A stretch of 64,000 nucleotides of DNA. Source: a phage. Shown piece after piece: positions 10,451 through 20,361 of this stretch (positions within the stretch are counted from its first letter, which is position 1; each line of letters begins with the position of its first letter). The stretch lies in NCBI GenBank assembly GCA_012411765.1, contig GCA_012411765.1_3031.1; one strand, written 5' to 3'. The translations under genes were made by a program, and so were the position numbers. The notes below the pieces were generated by a model, which was not told the DNA's origin, made no database searches, and was given only the letters and a program-made list of their open reading frames with translations.

Positions 10451-10452
10451 AA

Positions 10453-10629
10453 TTACCCTTTAAGTAAGTCGTAAAATCCACCATTCACATGTTTAGGAGC
10501 AGAAGGCCGACGAATAGATAGACGATGACATTTAGGGCAAACATCATTTTCTCGTTCAGAAATCTTTTTAATTTTTTCATATTCATGCCCGCAATCTTCG
10601 GATTGGCATTTATAATCATACATTGGCAT
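10453..10629 (-). CDS. zinc-ribbon micro-protein (58 aa, CxxC...CxxC)
   Basis: Hand translation MPMYDYKCQSEDCGHEYEKIKKISERENDVCPKCHRL...; below ORF-track cutoff. Confidence 0.4.
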   Translation of the reverse strand: MPMYDYKCQSEDCGHEYEKIKKISERENDVCPKCHRLSIRRPSAPKHVNGGFYDLLKG

Positions 10630-10631
10630 AA

Positions 10632-11057
10632 TTATTCCTTAAAGTGTGCTTTCAACATCTGATACAAGGACCATGCCTGTTCATTATTTTCAATAGTAAC
10701 TTTCATGACCGGGAATTCTGTGAAATCTTCTATTTGTTCTTGCTCTTTCTCTTCCTGCTCTTGCTCTTCAGCTGCCTGATATGGATTTTCCACTTCATCA
10801 AAGAACCCAGCTTCGTTAGTAGAAAGCCAGATAAAGTTTTCGTCAAGGATATCACCATGTGTTGCATATCCAACTGTGCCAGCAGATGTCACAATTTTAG
10901 TAGGACGACCAAGATGGTCAACATCTAAAATTTTAAAAGGATGCATACCTAAACGACGTGCATAGATTCCGTTATCAGTATGGTCTTTAATAAAATTTTC
11001 TTGAGCTTGTTTATTTTTAAATTGATACCATTTATTAACTTCAAATTTAATAGCCAT
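10632..11057 (-). CDS. goF: GoF-like protein (mRNA metabolism modulator)
   Basis: 141 aa, length and position match recalled T4 goF. Confidence 0.5.
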   Translation of the reverse strand: MAIKFEVNKWYQFKNKQAQENFIKDHTDNGIYARRLGMHPFKILDVDHLGRPTKIVTSAGTVGYATHGDILDENFIWLSTNEAGFFDEVENPYQAAEEQEQEEKEQEQIEDFTEFPVMKVTIENNEQAWSLYQMLKAHFKE

Positions 11058-11272
11058 TAATAAATTTCCTTCCAGTAAGTTGTACCGTCTTCAGTGATTT
11101 CACGGAATACACCGTAAATTGGCTGTTTATCGCCGACTTTCTCATACACATAAACCGAAGTCAAGTGAGTAAACTTGATGGTGTGTTCCTTTTGAACTAC
11201 TACCAAATCTGGATCGAATAATACATCTTCAAATTCGTCATTAGTACAATTCTGAACAATTTTACGTTTCAT
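11057..11272 (-). CDS. cef: Cef-like protein (tRNA processing modifier)
   Basis: 71 aa, length and position match recalled T4 cef. Confidence 0.5.
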   Translation of the reverse strand: MKRKIVQNCTNDEFEDVLFDPDLVVVQKEHTIKFTHLTSVYVYEKVGDKQPIYGVFREITEDGTTYWKEIY

Positions 11273-11285
11273 TACAATTTCCTCA

Positions 11286-11567
11286 TTAATTGAACAGTGG
11301 AGCGATGCGTTTCAGAAGAGTAGCAGCACCTTTGGCGAATTTTACATCATGAAAAACAGTTTCTTCTTCCGTTACAACTCGAACTTTAATATTTTCACAA
11401 TCCCAATTTTTGCGAACAATCTTCAAAAGCTGCAGTAAATCTTTACATTCAGCAATATCGATAACACATCCACGAGAATCTTCCATTATCGCACGATAAC
11501 CATAAGCCATACCATAATCGTTGAAAGATTGCTCGATGATAATTAAGTTTTCCATTTCATTCTCCAA
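11286..11567 (-). CDS. hypothetical protein (93 aa)
   Basis: ORF preceded by early promoter-like element with 11-bp inverted repeat at 11575..11625. Confidence 0.45.
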   Translation of the reverse strand: MENEMENLIIIEQSFNDYGMAYGYRAIMEDSRGCVIDIAECKDLLQLLKIVRKNWDCENIKVRVVTEEETVFHDVKFAKGAATLLKRIAPLFN

Positions 11568-11653
11568 GTTGTTTTCTGTATCAGTAGTTGATATTGATAT
11601 AGTACCATAATCAACTACTGATGTATATAGTTTTATGAAAAAAATTTTAAACT

Positions 11654-12145
11654 TTATGCATAGCGAGCTTTGCTGTAGTGTTTAATCCAACTTTCAGGAA
11701 TGACTTTGTATGTTCCTAAAAATACTGCGTTGTATAACTTAACGCCATCTTCTACCCATTGATCAGTAATGTATGCACACATAGCGCGAGTACGGTTAAC
11801 AACACCTTCCTCACCTTCAGTAAATTCAAACTCATAAGGAGCAACGAACTTGATAGCTTGACCGAGTTTCCACTTAAAGTCTACACCTACATGCGAAGTA
11901 TCAATCGTTTCAATTCCTTTAGCGGGAACAGCTTTCAAAAATGCAGATTCAAGAAATTTCGCGCGAACATAACCAAACTGAGGTTTAGACTTTCCATCTT
12001 TAGGAATGATACGCACTTTTACTTCAGAATCTTCATCTTTAACGCCGTGTTTAAGCTGAATGCTTACAATTTCGACCAATTTTCCTGCTGCTTTAGAGCG
12101 GGATTTATCAGATACACGAGCTAATTCACCAATATTAATAATCAT
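11654..12145 (-). CDS. motB: MotB-like protein
   Basis: 163 aa; position between cef and dexA as recalled for T4 motB; paralogous to next ORF. Confidence 0.45.
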   Translation of the reverse strand: MIINIGELARVSDKSRSKAAGKLVEIVSIQLKHGVKDEDSEVKVRIIPKDGKSKPQFGYVRAKFLESAFLKAVPAKGIETIDTSHVGVDFKWKLGQAIKFVAPYEFEFTEGEEGVVNRTRAMCAYITDQWVEDGVKLYNAVFLGTYKVIPESWIKHYSKARYA

Positions 12146-12221
12146 AGTTATCTCTCACTTGTTAAAAAGATTTTATACTCCACGGGACCATTATACTCTG
12201 GTCCCAAGAGTTTGTAAACTA

Positions 12222-12764
12222 TTAATTCAAAATAGCTACCACTGCACTACGAGGTACTACGCTAAAATCACCTGCATGAACAACGTTCAGAAGTTCAACA
12301 CCATCTTCAATCCATTGGTCTGTTACCCAACCACAGACCGAAATAAATGGGGTCTTAATAGCTACCGCATGAGTCAAAAGGTCAGTAGGATCAACTTCTT
12401 TGAAGAGGATAAGCTCTGCTTCAAAGGCCATAGTTTTAATTACTTCATCATTATCTAAGCGATGTGCTCGAATCACGTAAGCTTTATTCTTATCATACCA
12501 ATTACTTTTTGAAAAACTTTTAACCACAAACTCGCCTTCACCCAAAACACTGGTCAATGCTTTATAACCCAAACTTAGTTCAGTAGTTTTAATTTCAGTT
12601 TCAACCAGTTTGTAGGTTTTGCCAATTTCGATGGTCCGAGCAGTCATAAAGGTTTCCTTAATTTCTAATGGTTTAACAAGAGTGCCGTACATGCTTGCTA
12701 TATCCATATCAAATATTTTATCTATAGGATTTGGGGTGTATTCAGGATTATAATTAAATTTCAT
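12222..12764 (-). CDS. MotB-like paralog (180 aa)
   Basis: Shared motif DQWVEDGVKLYNAVFLG versus DQWIEDGVELLNVVHAG with ORF 11654..12145. Confidence 0.45.
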   Translation of the reverse strand: MKFNYNPEYTPNPIDKIFDMDIASMYGTLVKPLEIKETFMTARTIEIGKTYKLVETEIKTTELSLGYKALTSVLGEGEFVVKSFSKSNWYDKNKAYVIRAHRLDNDEVIKTMAFEAELILFKEVDPTDLLTHAVAIKTPFISVCGWVTDQWIEDGVELLNVVHAGDFSVVPRSAVVAILN

Positions 12765-12766
12765 AA

Positions 12767-13309
12767 TTATCTCATTTCAATAAAATCTACAAGTTCAGCA
12801 TGGGATTTGCGGAACATTACTTGGTGCCCGCCAATGATAACTTGGTCATCTGGCACTTCGTATACAGCAAGATAAAATCCTTTAGAAGATAATTCTTCAC
12901 GCTCTTCTCGTGTAAACCATCTCATCATATCATATTCACTAGCGAAAGCAAAATGATAAAGAGCTATAAACCATCCGGGAATATAATGATCTACGCCTAC
13001 ATATTCTTCTTTCTCAAATTTAGTATTAATTGCTATATTAGCATTTTTAACTAATAATTTGTCTTCGCGCGGAAGAGGAATTCTTTTGTTATCATTACTA
13101 TGATGCATAAAATTAGGTCTATCATAACCTACGTGTAATAACCACTCTTCGCTCCATGAATCTATTATACTCCTGTATGGCGTTATTTGAACACAAAGAT
13201 TTCGACGTATTGTTATAGCATCTTCACAATTAAGAATACTAAAAGATGATTCAACACGATAAATTTTCATTTTATTATCCTCAGTAGCTATGGTGTTATA
13301 GTACCACAA
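12767..13309 (-). CDS. hypothetical protein (180 aa, start possibly internal)
   Basis: ORF in array upstream of dexA. Confidence 0.45.
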   Translation of the reverse strand: MWYYNTIATEDNKMKIYRVESSFSILNCEDAITIRRNLCVQITPYRSIIDSWSEEWLLHVGYDRPNFMHHSNDNKRIPLPREDKLLVKNANIAINTKFEKEEYVGVDHYIPGWFIALYHFAFASEYDMMRWFTREEREELSSKGFYLAVYEVPDDQVIIGGHQVMFRKSHAELVDFIEMR

Positions 13310-13336
13310 CTAACCGAGGAAGTAAACAACTTTTTA

Positions 13337-14017
13337 TCATTTTGTTGGAAGAGATAGAGGATCGCACTCTTCCTCTGACGGAGCATCTTCAAGACCCATA
13401 GCATACCGCAAAGCATACTTCATCATCAGGATGTCTTTCGCACAGTCATGAATAGAATCATGTGCAACGAATCCATCTAAAGTTCCCTTTGGAAGAGGAC
13501 ATGTAGTCATATCACGAACAAGCAGAAGTGCTTCAATTCTGGTGCGAATATCGCGTTGATTCCAGAATTTACAAGGTTCTAACTTAAACGTATCAAGCTC
13601 ATTCTCGGAAACGCCATTAAGACGTTGAATATCGCGAATGAGATCAACTAAAATTGGAAAATCAAACGACATTCCACGACACCAGCCTTGAGATTTCCAA
13701 GGATCGATATTATGCGCATTGATGTAATCATTAAATTTTGCAATACCATCGATAGTACTTACATCTTCATCTGATGGCGCAATATTTTTTCGAGCTTCAG
13801 GAGATTGATTTTTCCACCATTCGATAGTGCTTTTAGTAAAAAGACGATGTCCTTTTTGGCTTTTTAAATCAAACTTGATTTTAATGCCGCGTGAAACTAA
13901 TTCATCAAATGTTTCAACTACTTCTGGATTAGGGTCAAAGGCAATAACAGCCAAATCAATAACAGCTGCCTTTTCACCGCTTCCCATTGTTTCAAAATCT
14001 ATAATAAAATCAAACAT
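13337..14017 (-). CDS. dexA: exonuclease A (DEDD-type 3'-5' exonuclease)
   Basis: 226 aa; N-terminal FIIDFETMG motif typical of DnaQ-like exonucleases; synteny. Confidence 0.8.
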   Translation of the reverse strand: MFDFIIDFETMGSGEKAAVIDLAVIAFDPNPEVVETFDELVSRGIKIKFDLKSQKGHRLFTKSTIEWWKNQSPEARKNIAPSDEDVSTIDGIAKFNDYINAHNIDPWKSQGWCRGMSFDFPILVDLIRDIQRLNGVSENELDTFKLEPCKFWNQRDIRTRIEALLLVRDMTTCPLPKGTLDGFVAHDSIHDCAKDILMMKYALRYAMGLEDAPSEEECDPLSLPTK

Positions 14018-14274
14018 TAAATTTTCCTTGCTAAATCGCGAATTTGACCTACAGTATAATCTTGAATATAAACTTTATTAATAGGCTCATCAATAAATTT
14101 TGCCATAGATTCAATATCTTTTTGTATCTCTTCAAGACTGTATACTATCTTTAAAGCTTTTTCGCGAATAGTAACATTATCAGGTCCTGGATTTTCTTGA
14201 ATGACAGCTTTAACATTTGTCATAAGAGATTTAAACTGGTACCAACTTAATTCAATCATTAATAATCGCCTCAT
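14017..14274 (-). CDS. hypothetical small protein (85 aa), member of 3-ORF paralog set
   Basis: Similar to 14252..14512 (LEEIQKDIE versus LEEIERDLI; C-terminal DYTVGQI versus DYVLGEI). Confidence 0.4.
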   Translation of the reverse strand: MRRLLMIELSWYQFKSLMTNVKAVIQENPGPDNVTIREKALKIVYSLEEIQKDIESMAKFIDEPINKVYIQDYTVGQIRDLARKI

Positions 14275-14512
14275 AAAGATAGCTAATTTCGCCTAAAACG
14301 TAATCATTGATTGTAACAGTTTTCACTTCACCACAAAAGAATTCTAATGCAATTAAATCTCGCTCAATTTCTTCTAATTGAAGCATCAACTTACTAGATT
14401 CAATTTTTACAGTTTCACGATTTTTACCATGAGCAATTTCATAAATTTCGCTAACTTTATCCTGAAGAAGATAAAACTGATCTTTAGTTATTTCCACGAA
14501 TAGCTTCCTCAA
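14252..14512 (-). CDS. hypothetical small protein (86 aa), paralog
   Basis: See neighbouring ORFs. Confidence 0.4.
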   Translation of the reverse strand: MRKLFVEITKDQFYLLQDKVSEIYEIAHGKNRETVKIESSKLMLQLEEIERDLIALEFFCGEVKTVTINDYVLGEISYLYEAIIND

Positions 14513-14744
14513 ATTTAATTAGTAATTTACAGACACTTTCATCTAGTGTAATTACTGTATCTGTATTACTGTGATATGATTGTTTTTCAATTCGTTTAAT
14601 TGCTAATATAGTATCACTTATAAGATAAAGCTTATGAAGGAGCTCAGCTCCTGTTACCATAACATTAAGATTGTCTTGCTTATTAGTATGCTTCCTTATA
14701 CTATCTATTAGACGATTTAAATATTTTGAATTGATGTTAATCAT
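14484..14744 (-). CDS. hypothetical small protein (86 aa), possible paralog
   Basis: Similar size and architecture to two downstream ORFs. Confidence 0.35.
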   Translation of the reverse strand: MININSKYLNRLIDSIRKHTNKQDNLNVMVTGAELLHKLYLISDTILAIKRIEKQSYHSNTDTVITLDESVCKLLIKFEEAIRGNN

Positions 14745-14750
14745 ATAGCC

Positions 14751-16070
14751 TCACACATAAAACACATCATAGCGACCACGGGTGACACCAACATAAAGAA
14801 GTTGTTGAGCCAATTCAGCATCTGCATAATGAATACAAGGCGTATAAATGAAAGCACGGTCTACAGACATACCTTGAGCTTTATGGAATGTTGATGCAGG
14901 AAGTGCTTTCACTTTACTAAACTGTGATTTAGCATCCCAAAAATCACTCCATGGAGCTTTTCCGCCTTTATTCCAATTTTTATAAGTTTCTGCCGTTTTA
15001 CCTAAAAATAAGTTAAACTTATACAATTCTTCGTCAGATGAAATTATTTTAATCTTTTCACGATAATATTCATCATCGCCATAAGTTTCTACTGTTAAAT
15101 CCCAATGACGAATTAAGTATTCTCCAGAAACACCACGAGCTTTAACAAAGGTTGATGTATACTCTGCTTCTATAATACGAACTAATTGTCCGTTATTAAA
15201 AATAATTTCTGACACAGGCTTTCCATCAATTTTATATGTTTTAATTAATGGTTCCTGCATTACAATAATTTCACCAACAATAAAATCTTTATCAGTTTCA
15301 AAAATCTTTTTACGAATAATGCTATTTAACTTGTCAACAGATTTATTCGTAAATGCCATTACACGATTTTCAAACAAATCATCTAGTGATTTGACGATTG
15401 AAAAATAATTTACCATAAAATCACGTAAAGCGGTATCACCAGTAAATCCACGTACTCCATGCCCGTCAACAACTTTATCATAAATCCACTTACCGTTGCG
15501 AACATCAGTAGCTACATCAATAATAGGAGCATTACTGCGTTTAACTTCAGTGAGTTCACACTGATAAAAATCTTTATGTGTAAAGAATGGACTGATATAA
15601 GCAGTGTTTTCTCCTGGGTCAACAGGTCTAATTTGCTTATTATCGCCTATTCCAATTATAGTACACCAAGGTGGAATAGTTGAAAGCAGAATTTTGAATA
15701 GCTTTCTATCATACATTGACACTTCATCACAGATTAATACTCTGCATTTAGCTAAATCCGGTACTTCCTTCTGTTCAAAAAGAACATTTTCTTCATACGT
15801 AACTGGGTTAATTTTAAGAATACTGTGAATAGTACTCGCTTCTTTCCCTGACAGTTTTGAAAGAATCTTTTTAGCTGCATGAGTAGGAGCTGCTAAAATA
15901 ATACCAGTTTCACCCATAGATATTAAAGCTTCAATGATGAACTTAGTAAGAGTAGTCTTACCGGTACCGGCAGGTCCATTAATAGTTACATGGTGTTTCT
16001 TTTCTTTAATAGCCTTCATAACAATGTTAAAGGCATTTTTCTGGCCTTCGGTCAAATCATCAAATGTCAT
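14751..16070 (-). CDS. dda: Dda DNA helicase (SF1B)
   Basis: 439 aa; Walker A GPAGTGKT; sequence matches recalled T4 Dda. Confidence 0.95.
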   Translation of the reverse strand: MTFDDLTEGQKNAFNIVMKAIKEKKHHVTINGPAGTGKTTLTKFIIEALISMGETGIILAAPTHAAKKILSKLSGKEASTIHSILKINPVTYEENVLFEQKEVPDLAKCRVLICDEVSMYDRKLFKILLSTIPPWCTIIGIGDNKQIRPVDPGENTAYISPFFTHKDFYQCELTEVKRSNAPIIDVATDVRNGKWIYDKVVDGHGVRGFTGDTALRDFMVNYFSIVKSLDDLFENRVMAFTNKSVDKLNSIIRKKIFETDKDFIVGEIIVMQEPLIKTYKIDGKPVSEIIFNNGQLVRIIEAEYTSTFVKARGVSGEYLIRHWDLTVETYGDDEYYREKIKIISSDEELYKFNLFLGKTAETYKNWNKGGKAPWSDFWDAKSQFSKVKALPASTFHKAQGMSVDRAFIYTPCIHYADAELAQQLLYVGVTRGRYDVFYV

Positions 16071-16378
16071 CGTAAATTCCCTGCAATTGGTATACTAACA
16101 ATACGCCCAGTATCTAAAATTCGCTGATATAATCTTTGCGTGTCTACGTCAGGCTTAACATGTTTAACTTCTATTTTATTAAACCAAAATTTACGTGGAG
16201 TCTCAACTAATCTTGGAATTCCCTTACCTAAAGCTAGTCGATACTGCTCTTTAAGAGTAGTAAATACTTTATCAGCAATATTCCATTCAAAAAATACAGC
16301 AGGACGATGTTCATCAAGTGGAACTGGCGCTGTAAATCCGTCTTTGTCTCGGTAAACTATCGCATATACATAAACCAT
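16067..16378 (-). CDS. hypothetical protein (103 aa)
   Basis: ORF overlapping dda start. Confidence 0.45.
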   Translation of the reverse strand: MVYVYAIVYRDKDGFTAPVPLDEHRPAVFFEWNIADKVFTTLKEQYRLALGKGIPRLVETPRKFWFNKIEVKHVKPDVDTQRLYQRILDTGRIVSIPIAGNLR

Positions 16379-16379
16379 A

Positions 16380-17126
16380 TTATCCTCGGATAAGTTTAAA
16401 AATTGAACAATTTAGCGGGTATCCTCTTTTCAGTTTAAGTTTATCAATAAAAGACAAATTTTGATACCGCTCTACACCTTGAATAATTTTATCACACATA
16501 TCATATTGCATTTCTGCTTCTGACAGCTTTTTCACAATTTTCCAATCCGAGCCTTTAAGAAGAACGTTCAATTTAACAACTTCAGCGCCTTCTGCTATGC
16601 GAGAACCATCAATACGTGCTTTAAGTGCTATAATCCTTAGCTTAATGTCAGAGGTCTGTTTTGATTTAGAAAGCTGAGAAATGTGTTCAATTCGGTTTTC
16701 ACGTTTTTTCTGTATAGCTTTAATTTGATTATAAGTCTTTTTGATTTTAGCCCATTTCTTTTCATCTAAATTTAGTTTATGAACTTTTTTCGCAGATGAA
16801 CGACCAATTCGCAAAGCAAATAAATCACGCTTTTCAATTAACTCTTCTAAAGTATAATCAGAACGAAATGTATTATACTTTTTCTTTACTGCAATAACAT
16901 TTCCTTTAATGTATCCAACGTTATTATCAAAACGTTCTAATGATAATTTCTCTCCTTCAATACGATTATCAAAAGGTTCTCCCGAGTAAGCACAAACTTT
17001 TTGATCTAAAATGTTCTTAATGTAATTGAAGTCTAAGTTAAAATCTTTAGAACGTCTTTTAGCAGATGCCTGAGTATGCTCTAGACGACGTTTAATTTTA
17101 CGAATTTGATTATTAGTCAGTTTCAT
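16380..17126 (-). CDS. srd: Srd-position protein (248 aa, basic)
   Basis: Position between dda and modA; length as recalled for T4 Srd; identity not verified. Confidence 0.45.
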   Translation of the reverse strand: MKLTNNQIRKIKRRLEHTQASAKRRSKDFNLDFNYIKNILDQKVCAYSGEPFDNRIEGEKLSLERFDNNVGYIKGNVIAVKKKYNTFRSDYTLEELIEKRDLFALRIGRSSAKKVHKLNLDEKKWAKIKKTYNQIKAIQKKRENRIEHISQLSKSKQTSDIKLRIIALKARIDGSRIAEGAEVVKLNVLLKGSDWKIVKKLSEAEMQYDMCDKIIQGVERYQNLSFIDKLKLKRGYPLNCSIFKLIRG

Positions 17127-17156
17127 ATTTTTCTCACGGACGGGTTAACTACTTAT

Positions 17157-17186
17157 ACTATAACATTTTTACTTCAGCTTGTAAAC
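17157..17186 (-). promoter_or_regulatory. early promoter (-35 GTTTAC, -10 TATAGT)
   Basis: Read on minus strand upstream of srd-position ORF. Confidence 0.45.
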
Positions 17187-17242
17187 AACTTTATGAAAAA
17201 TGCTTTAAAACTTTCATGGTATAATGAATCTAAGTCCTTCCA

Positions 17243-17845
17243 TTATAGATTAAATCCTTCAAAATCAAGAGTATAGATAGTGTATGTTGAATGCTTTTTA
17301 TACTCATATCTATCTGCAATTCTAAATACACTTCCAGCTGGTATCATTACTTCTTGTTCATCTGAAACTAATTCCATATTACGATAACGATGGCTATCCG
17401 GAAACTTAAAGTTTGGATTGTATTCTTTACAGCGTAGAGCTTTTATAGCATACTCCTGGAAATTGAATACCATAGGAGCTTTGAATTCAAAAATAACTTG
17501 TGTGTTATACTCTAAACCAGAAGCAAAATGTAGAGCTATATTTTTATCATATGAAGCTGATACTACTTTATCAAATGTAATAATATCAATTCCTTGATTT
17601 AACACCTGCTTAGTCTCAGCTGGAACACCTCTCCAAAGAGGTTTATCGTTTGGAACCAAACGAGATTTGATTATTTCATTTAACCAAGTATGGTCATCTG
17701 GTTTATTAGTAATACAATGAATTAAAAGTTCAATTTCAGATAAATTAAACCCTTCAGAAAGTAATTCTTCACGAATAGAAGCACGCACCGATGCATCCAT
17801 TGATTTTATTTTAAAATCTTTTAGTTGCATTACTGAGTATTTCAT
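17243..17845 (-). CDS. modA: ADP-ribosyltransferase ModA-like
   Basis: 200 aa; paralogous to adjacent 207-aa ORF; position as in T4. Confidence 0.55.
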   Translation of the reverse strand: MKYSVMQLKDFKIKSMDASVRASIREELLSEGFNLSEIELLIHCITNKPDDHTWLNEIIKSRLVPNDKPLWRGVPAETKQVLNQGIDIITFDKVVSASYDKNIALHFASGLEYNTQVIFEFKAPMVFNFQEYAIKALRCKEYNPNFKFPDSHRYRNMELVSDEQEVMIPAGSVFRIADRYEYKKHSTYTIYTLDFEGFNL

Positions 17846-18465
17846 TCAACTACCTCAATATCATAAACTTTAAATGTTCCAAATGAATCGTGTAATTTTT
17901 CTTTTGAAATAGAAGTTATTCTATACTTTCCAATTGGAATCATCCATTCTTGTTCACGCACAATCATCATTAAGTTATCAGTACGCTCTGAATCTAGCCC
18001 ATCAGTATCTTCATACGTGTACTTAAACTCAGTATTAGGAGAAGAAAGTATAATATCGCTGATATGGTCAGAATAATTAAAAGCTTTATCAGTTTTTAAA
18101 CGAAGTATTATTTTAGTAAAATATTCAGCATAAGAAAAAGAACACGCTGTGAGCAAACTAGTAGTAAATGAATCTACTCTATTCGTTGAAAACACTTCTC
18201 CAACTTGTAAATCTTTAATAAGTTCTTCTGTTGATTTTGATATACCACGATATAACTGATAAGGCGATTTAGTTAAATGCTTTTTAATGATTTTATTCAA
18301 CTGCCTATGAAGAGCTTCATTCTTTTTAGCTTCCATACATTGCCAAAGAATTGACTGCTCAAAGTCAGTAAATTTTTCACAGACTTTTTTATACATATCA
18401 TATTGAAAATCAACGCTTTCAGCTTTTATAGATAACTGTTCAACATCTGCAAGATTAATAATCAT
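17842..18465 (-). CDS. modB: ADP-ribosyltransferase ModB-like
   Basis: 207 aa; overlapping start with modA; position as in T4. Confidence 0.55.
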   Translation of the reverse strand: MIINLADVEQLSIKAESVDFQYDMYKKVCEKFTDFEQSILWQCMEAKKNEALHRQLNKIIKKHLTKSPYQLYRGISKSTEELIKDLQVGEVFSTNRVDSFTTSLLTACSFSYAEYFTKIILRLKTDKAFNYSDHISDIILSSPNTEFKYTYEDTDGLDSERTDNLMMIVREQEWMIPIGKYRITSISKEKLHDSFGTFKVYDIEVVE

Positions 18466-18532
18466 GATAGCCTCCGTATACTTCAGAAGCTATCATATCA
18501 TCGTTAGAAAGGAAAGTAAACAACTTTTTGAA

Positions 18533-18715
18533 TTATTTTGCCCAGGGAGCCCAGGGCGGAGGGTCAAGATGGTATGAAGCTAGTTCTTCTAGAAGAGCAT
18601 CTGGGGCTTCAATTCCATAATTCTGTAATACTATACGGTACTCTTTCTTATAATCACTAGAATCATTCTGGATATTCGTAGAATGATTATCTTCTAACAT
18701 CTCAAATAAATCCAT
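18533..18715 (-). CDS. hypothetical protein (60 aa)
   Basis: ORF in array. Confidence 0.35.
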   Translation of the reverse strand: MDLFEMLEDNHSTNIQNDSSDYKKEYRIVLQNYGIEAPDALLEELASYHLDPPPWAPWAK

Positions 18716-18723
18716 ATTAATTC

Positions 18724-19194
18724 CTAGCGATAAAAACCAAAATAACGATTAGCTTCAATAATCTTTCTTTCTTCTTCGGACATTCTCCAGCGTAGTCCAA
18801 CATCAAAATGAGCCCAGACCATCTTAACAAATGCATTTATATCTTTAATATCTTCAATAATGAATGTTTTACTTTTAGAAGGTTGACTAGCTAATTTAAC
18901 TTTATCATCTTCAAACATGTCAAAAAGACCATATTCATGAGCTCTTTTATAGCCTTTAATAGTTAAAGCTTCAGAAGAAGAAAACGGTGAATCAGTATTC
19001 TGCAAAATATCTTCAGTATGCTTTATAATTAGAATAATATTTTCTGGATATTTTCTTTCTTTTATATCTTTAATTAAAAAATCCGGATTTTCTGCTAAAG
19101 GAATAATTAATGAGCATTTTTTATCAAGTGTATTTACTGATTTACCTTCTTTAGACATAAATTCTATTGAATATAGTTTTGCTACTTCAATCAT
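18724..19194 (-). CDS. hypothetical protein (156 aa)
   Basis: ORF; a 51-aa micro-ORF at about 19192..19347 is translationally coupled upstream. Confidence 0.45.
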   Translation of the reverse strand: MIEVAKLYSIEFMSKEGKSVNTLDKKCSLIIPLAENPDFLIKDIKERKYPENIILIIKHTEDILQNTDSPFSSSEALTIKGYKRAHEYGLFDMFEDDKVKLASQPSKSKTFIIEDIKDINAFVKMVWAHFDVGLRWRMSEEERKIIEANRYFGFYR

Positions 19195-19347
19195 GTGATT
19201 TCCTTTTGCCTACTAATGGACCGTCAGGAATTTTGTTTTCCTGGATATATTTCTCATTTTCTTCCATCATTTTACTGCCAATTTTAAGAAGCAAATCCAT
19301 TGCTTCATTTGCTTTAGCTTTAGCCTCTTCTAACGTCATATTCTTGT

Positions 19348-19551
19348 TCACGATTTATCCCCATAGATGTCTCTCATCAATTTAAGCGCTGAGCGTTCTA
19401 ATTTCTTTTCTTTCTCAGCACTAATCATTGATTTCATCCATTCTTCCGATTCGTTCTGCATTTCTTTATTTGCCTGTTCAACCCAACCATCATCAATATA
19501 CATTGAGTTTGGTCTATTAAACCATTCAAGCATTTTCTTCAGAACTTTCAT
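19348..19551 (-). CDS. hypothetical protein (67 aa)
   Basis: ORF in array. Confidence 0.35.
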   Translation of the reverse strand: MKVLKKMLEWFNRPNSMYIDDGWVEQANKEMQNESEEWMKSMISAEKEKKLERSALKLMRDIYGDKS

Positions 19552-20023
19552 TTGTTTTACCTAAAACAATAGTAGGAGCATCGTCAAATTCATGAATTTT
19601 TAGCAATTTTGGATTTAAATTATTCCATAAAGAGGTAATAAAATATGATAGCGCACTTTCGTCTGTAATTATAAATTTATTTCCTTTATCTATTTTCCAA
19701 TCATATATTGAATCATATGAATAGAAGGATAACGGTTTATTATTATAATATGCTTCAGCAACATCAATATAGTTAGATTTAGTAAATGCTTGAATTGCCA
19801 TAAATGGAGAATTTTGTACAGTTTCAATAATTCCGATCTTTTTAAGTTTTATTTCAACATCTTCTGGAATTGGCATTGAAATAAAATCTTCTACTAGATA
19901 CATGTTATTGTCATATCTTTTATCAATCATTACTGCTACGGTAATTGGAACATCCTTGACAAACGCCATACTAATACTATTGATAGACATTTCAAACAAA
20001 ATCGCTTCCATAATTTTCCTCAA
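19526..20023 (-). CDS. hypothetical protein (165 aa), mrh-region
   Basis: Position between modB and soc. Confidence 0.4.
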   Translation of the reverse strand: MRKIMEAILFEMSINSISMAFVKDVPITVAVMIDKRYDNNMYLVEDFISMPIPEDVEIKLKKIGIIETVQNSPFMAIQAFTKSNYIDVAEAYYNNKPLSFYSYDSIYDWKIDKGNKFIITDESALSYFITSLWNNLNPKLLKIHEFDDAPTIVLGKTNESSEENA

Positions 20024-20361
20024 TCACAAGATGTAGATGAACAACCAGAATCACAAGAACTTCCACATGAATCACCTGCCCATACATGAACAGGAACATT
20101 AGTGTCATATGAATCAGAACTAGACTGTGTATTCTGTGTGTTAGATGATGTAGTAGGTGTTGACCAGCGCCAAGGATTTTTATAATATTCTTGGGCTTCT
20201 TCATAAGTCATAGTAACTGCTTCTACTGTTCCATCTCCCATATAAACATACTCAACTACAGTTAAAGGAAGGTAGTCATTTGAAATAGGAACTACACCTT
20301 CCCCAGGAGTTGTAGAGAAAAAATCCGTAAAGAAACTTTTAAACCAATTAAAGATAAACAT
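20020..20361 (-). CDS. hypothetical protein (113 aa) with Ser/Thr-rich linker and Cys-rich C-terminus
   Basis: C-terminal [15 protein letters not shown] read from translation. Confidence 0.45.
   Translation of the reverse strand: MFIFNWFKSFFTDFFSTTPGEGVVPISNDYLPLTVVEYVYMGDGTVEAVTMTYEEAQEYYKNPWRWSTPTTSSNTQNTQSSSDSYDTNVPVHVWAGDSCGSSCDSGCSSTSCD

Noticed and set aside
16380-17126. Possible HNH homing endonuclease in the srd-position ORF (ERFDNNVGYIKGNVIAV resembles part of HNH_3-type motifs)
   Set aside because: No conserved histidine pair or Cys-x2-Cys zinc site around the motif; length and position fit Srd, so a homing endonuclease call is unsupported.
17201-17225. Plus-strand middle-promoter-like motif (TGCTTTA, 12-bp spacer, TATAAT) in the srd-modA intergenic region, pointing antisense into modA
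   Set aside because: No plus-strand ORF or structured RNA follows, and the same A/T-rich interval already carries a minus-strand early promoter; a chance match cannot be excluded without transcript mapping.
19167-19385. Plus-strand ORF 19167..19385 in the modB-soc variable block
   Set aside because: It overlaps minus-strand ORFs and a translationally coupled minus-strand micro-ORF occupies the same interval with a better start context.
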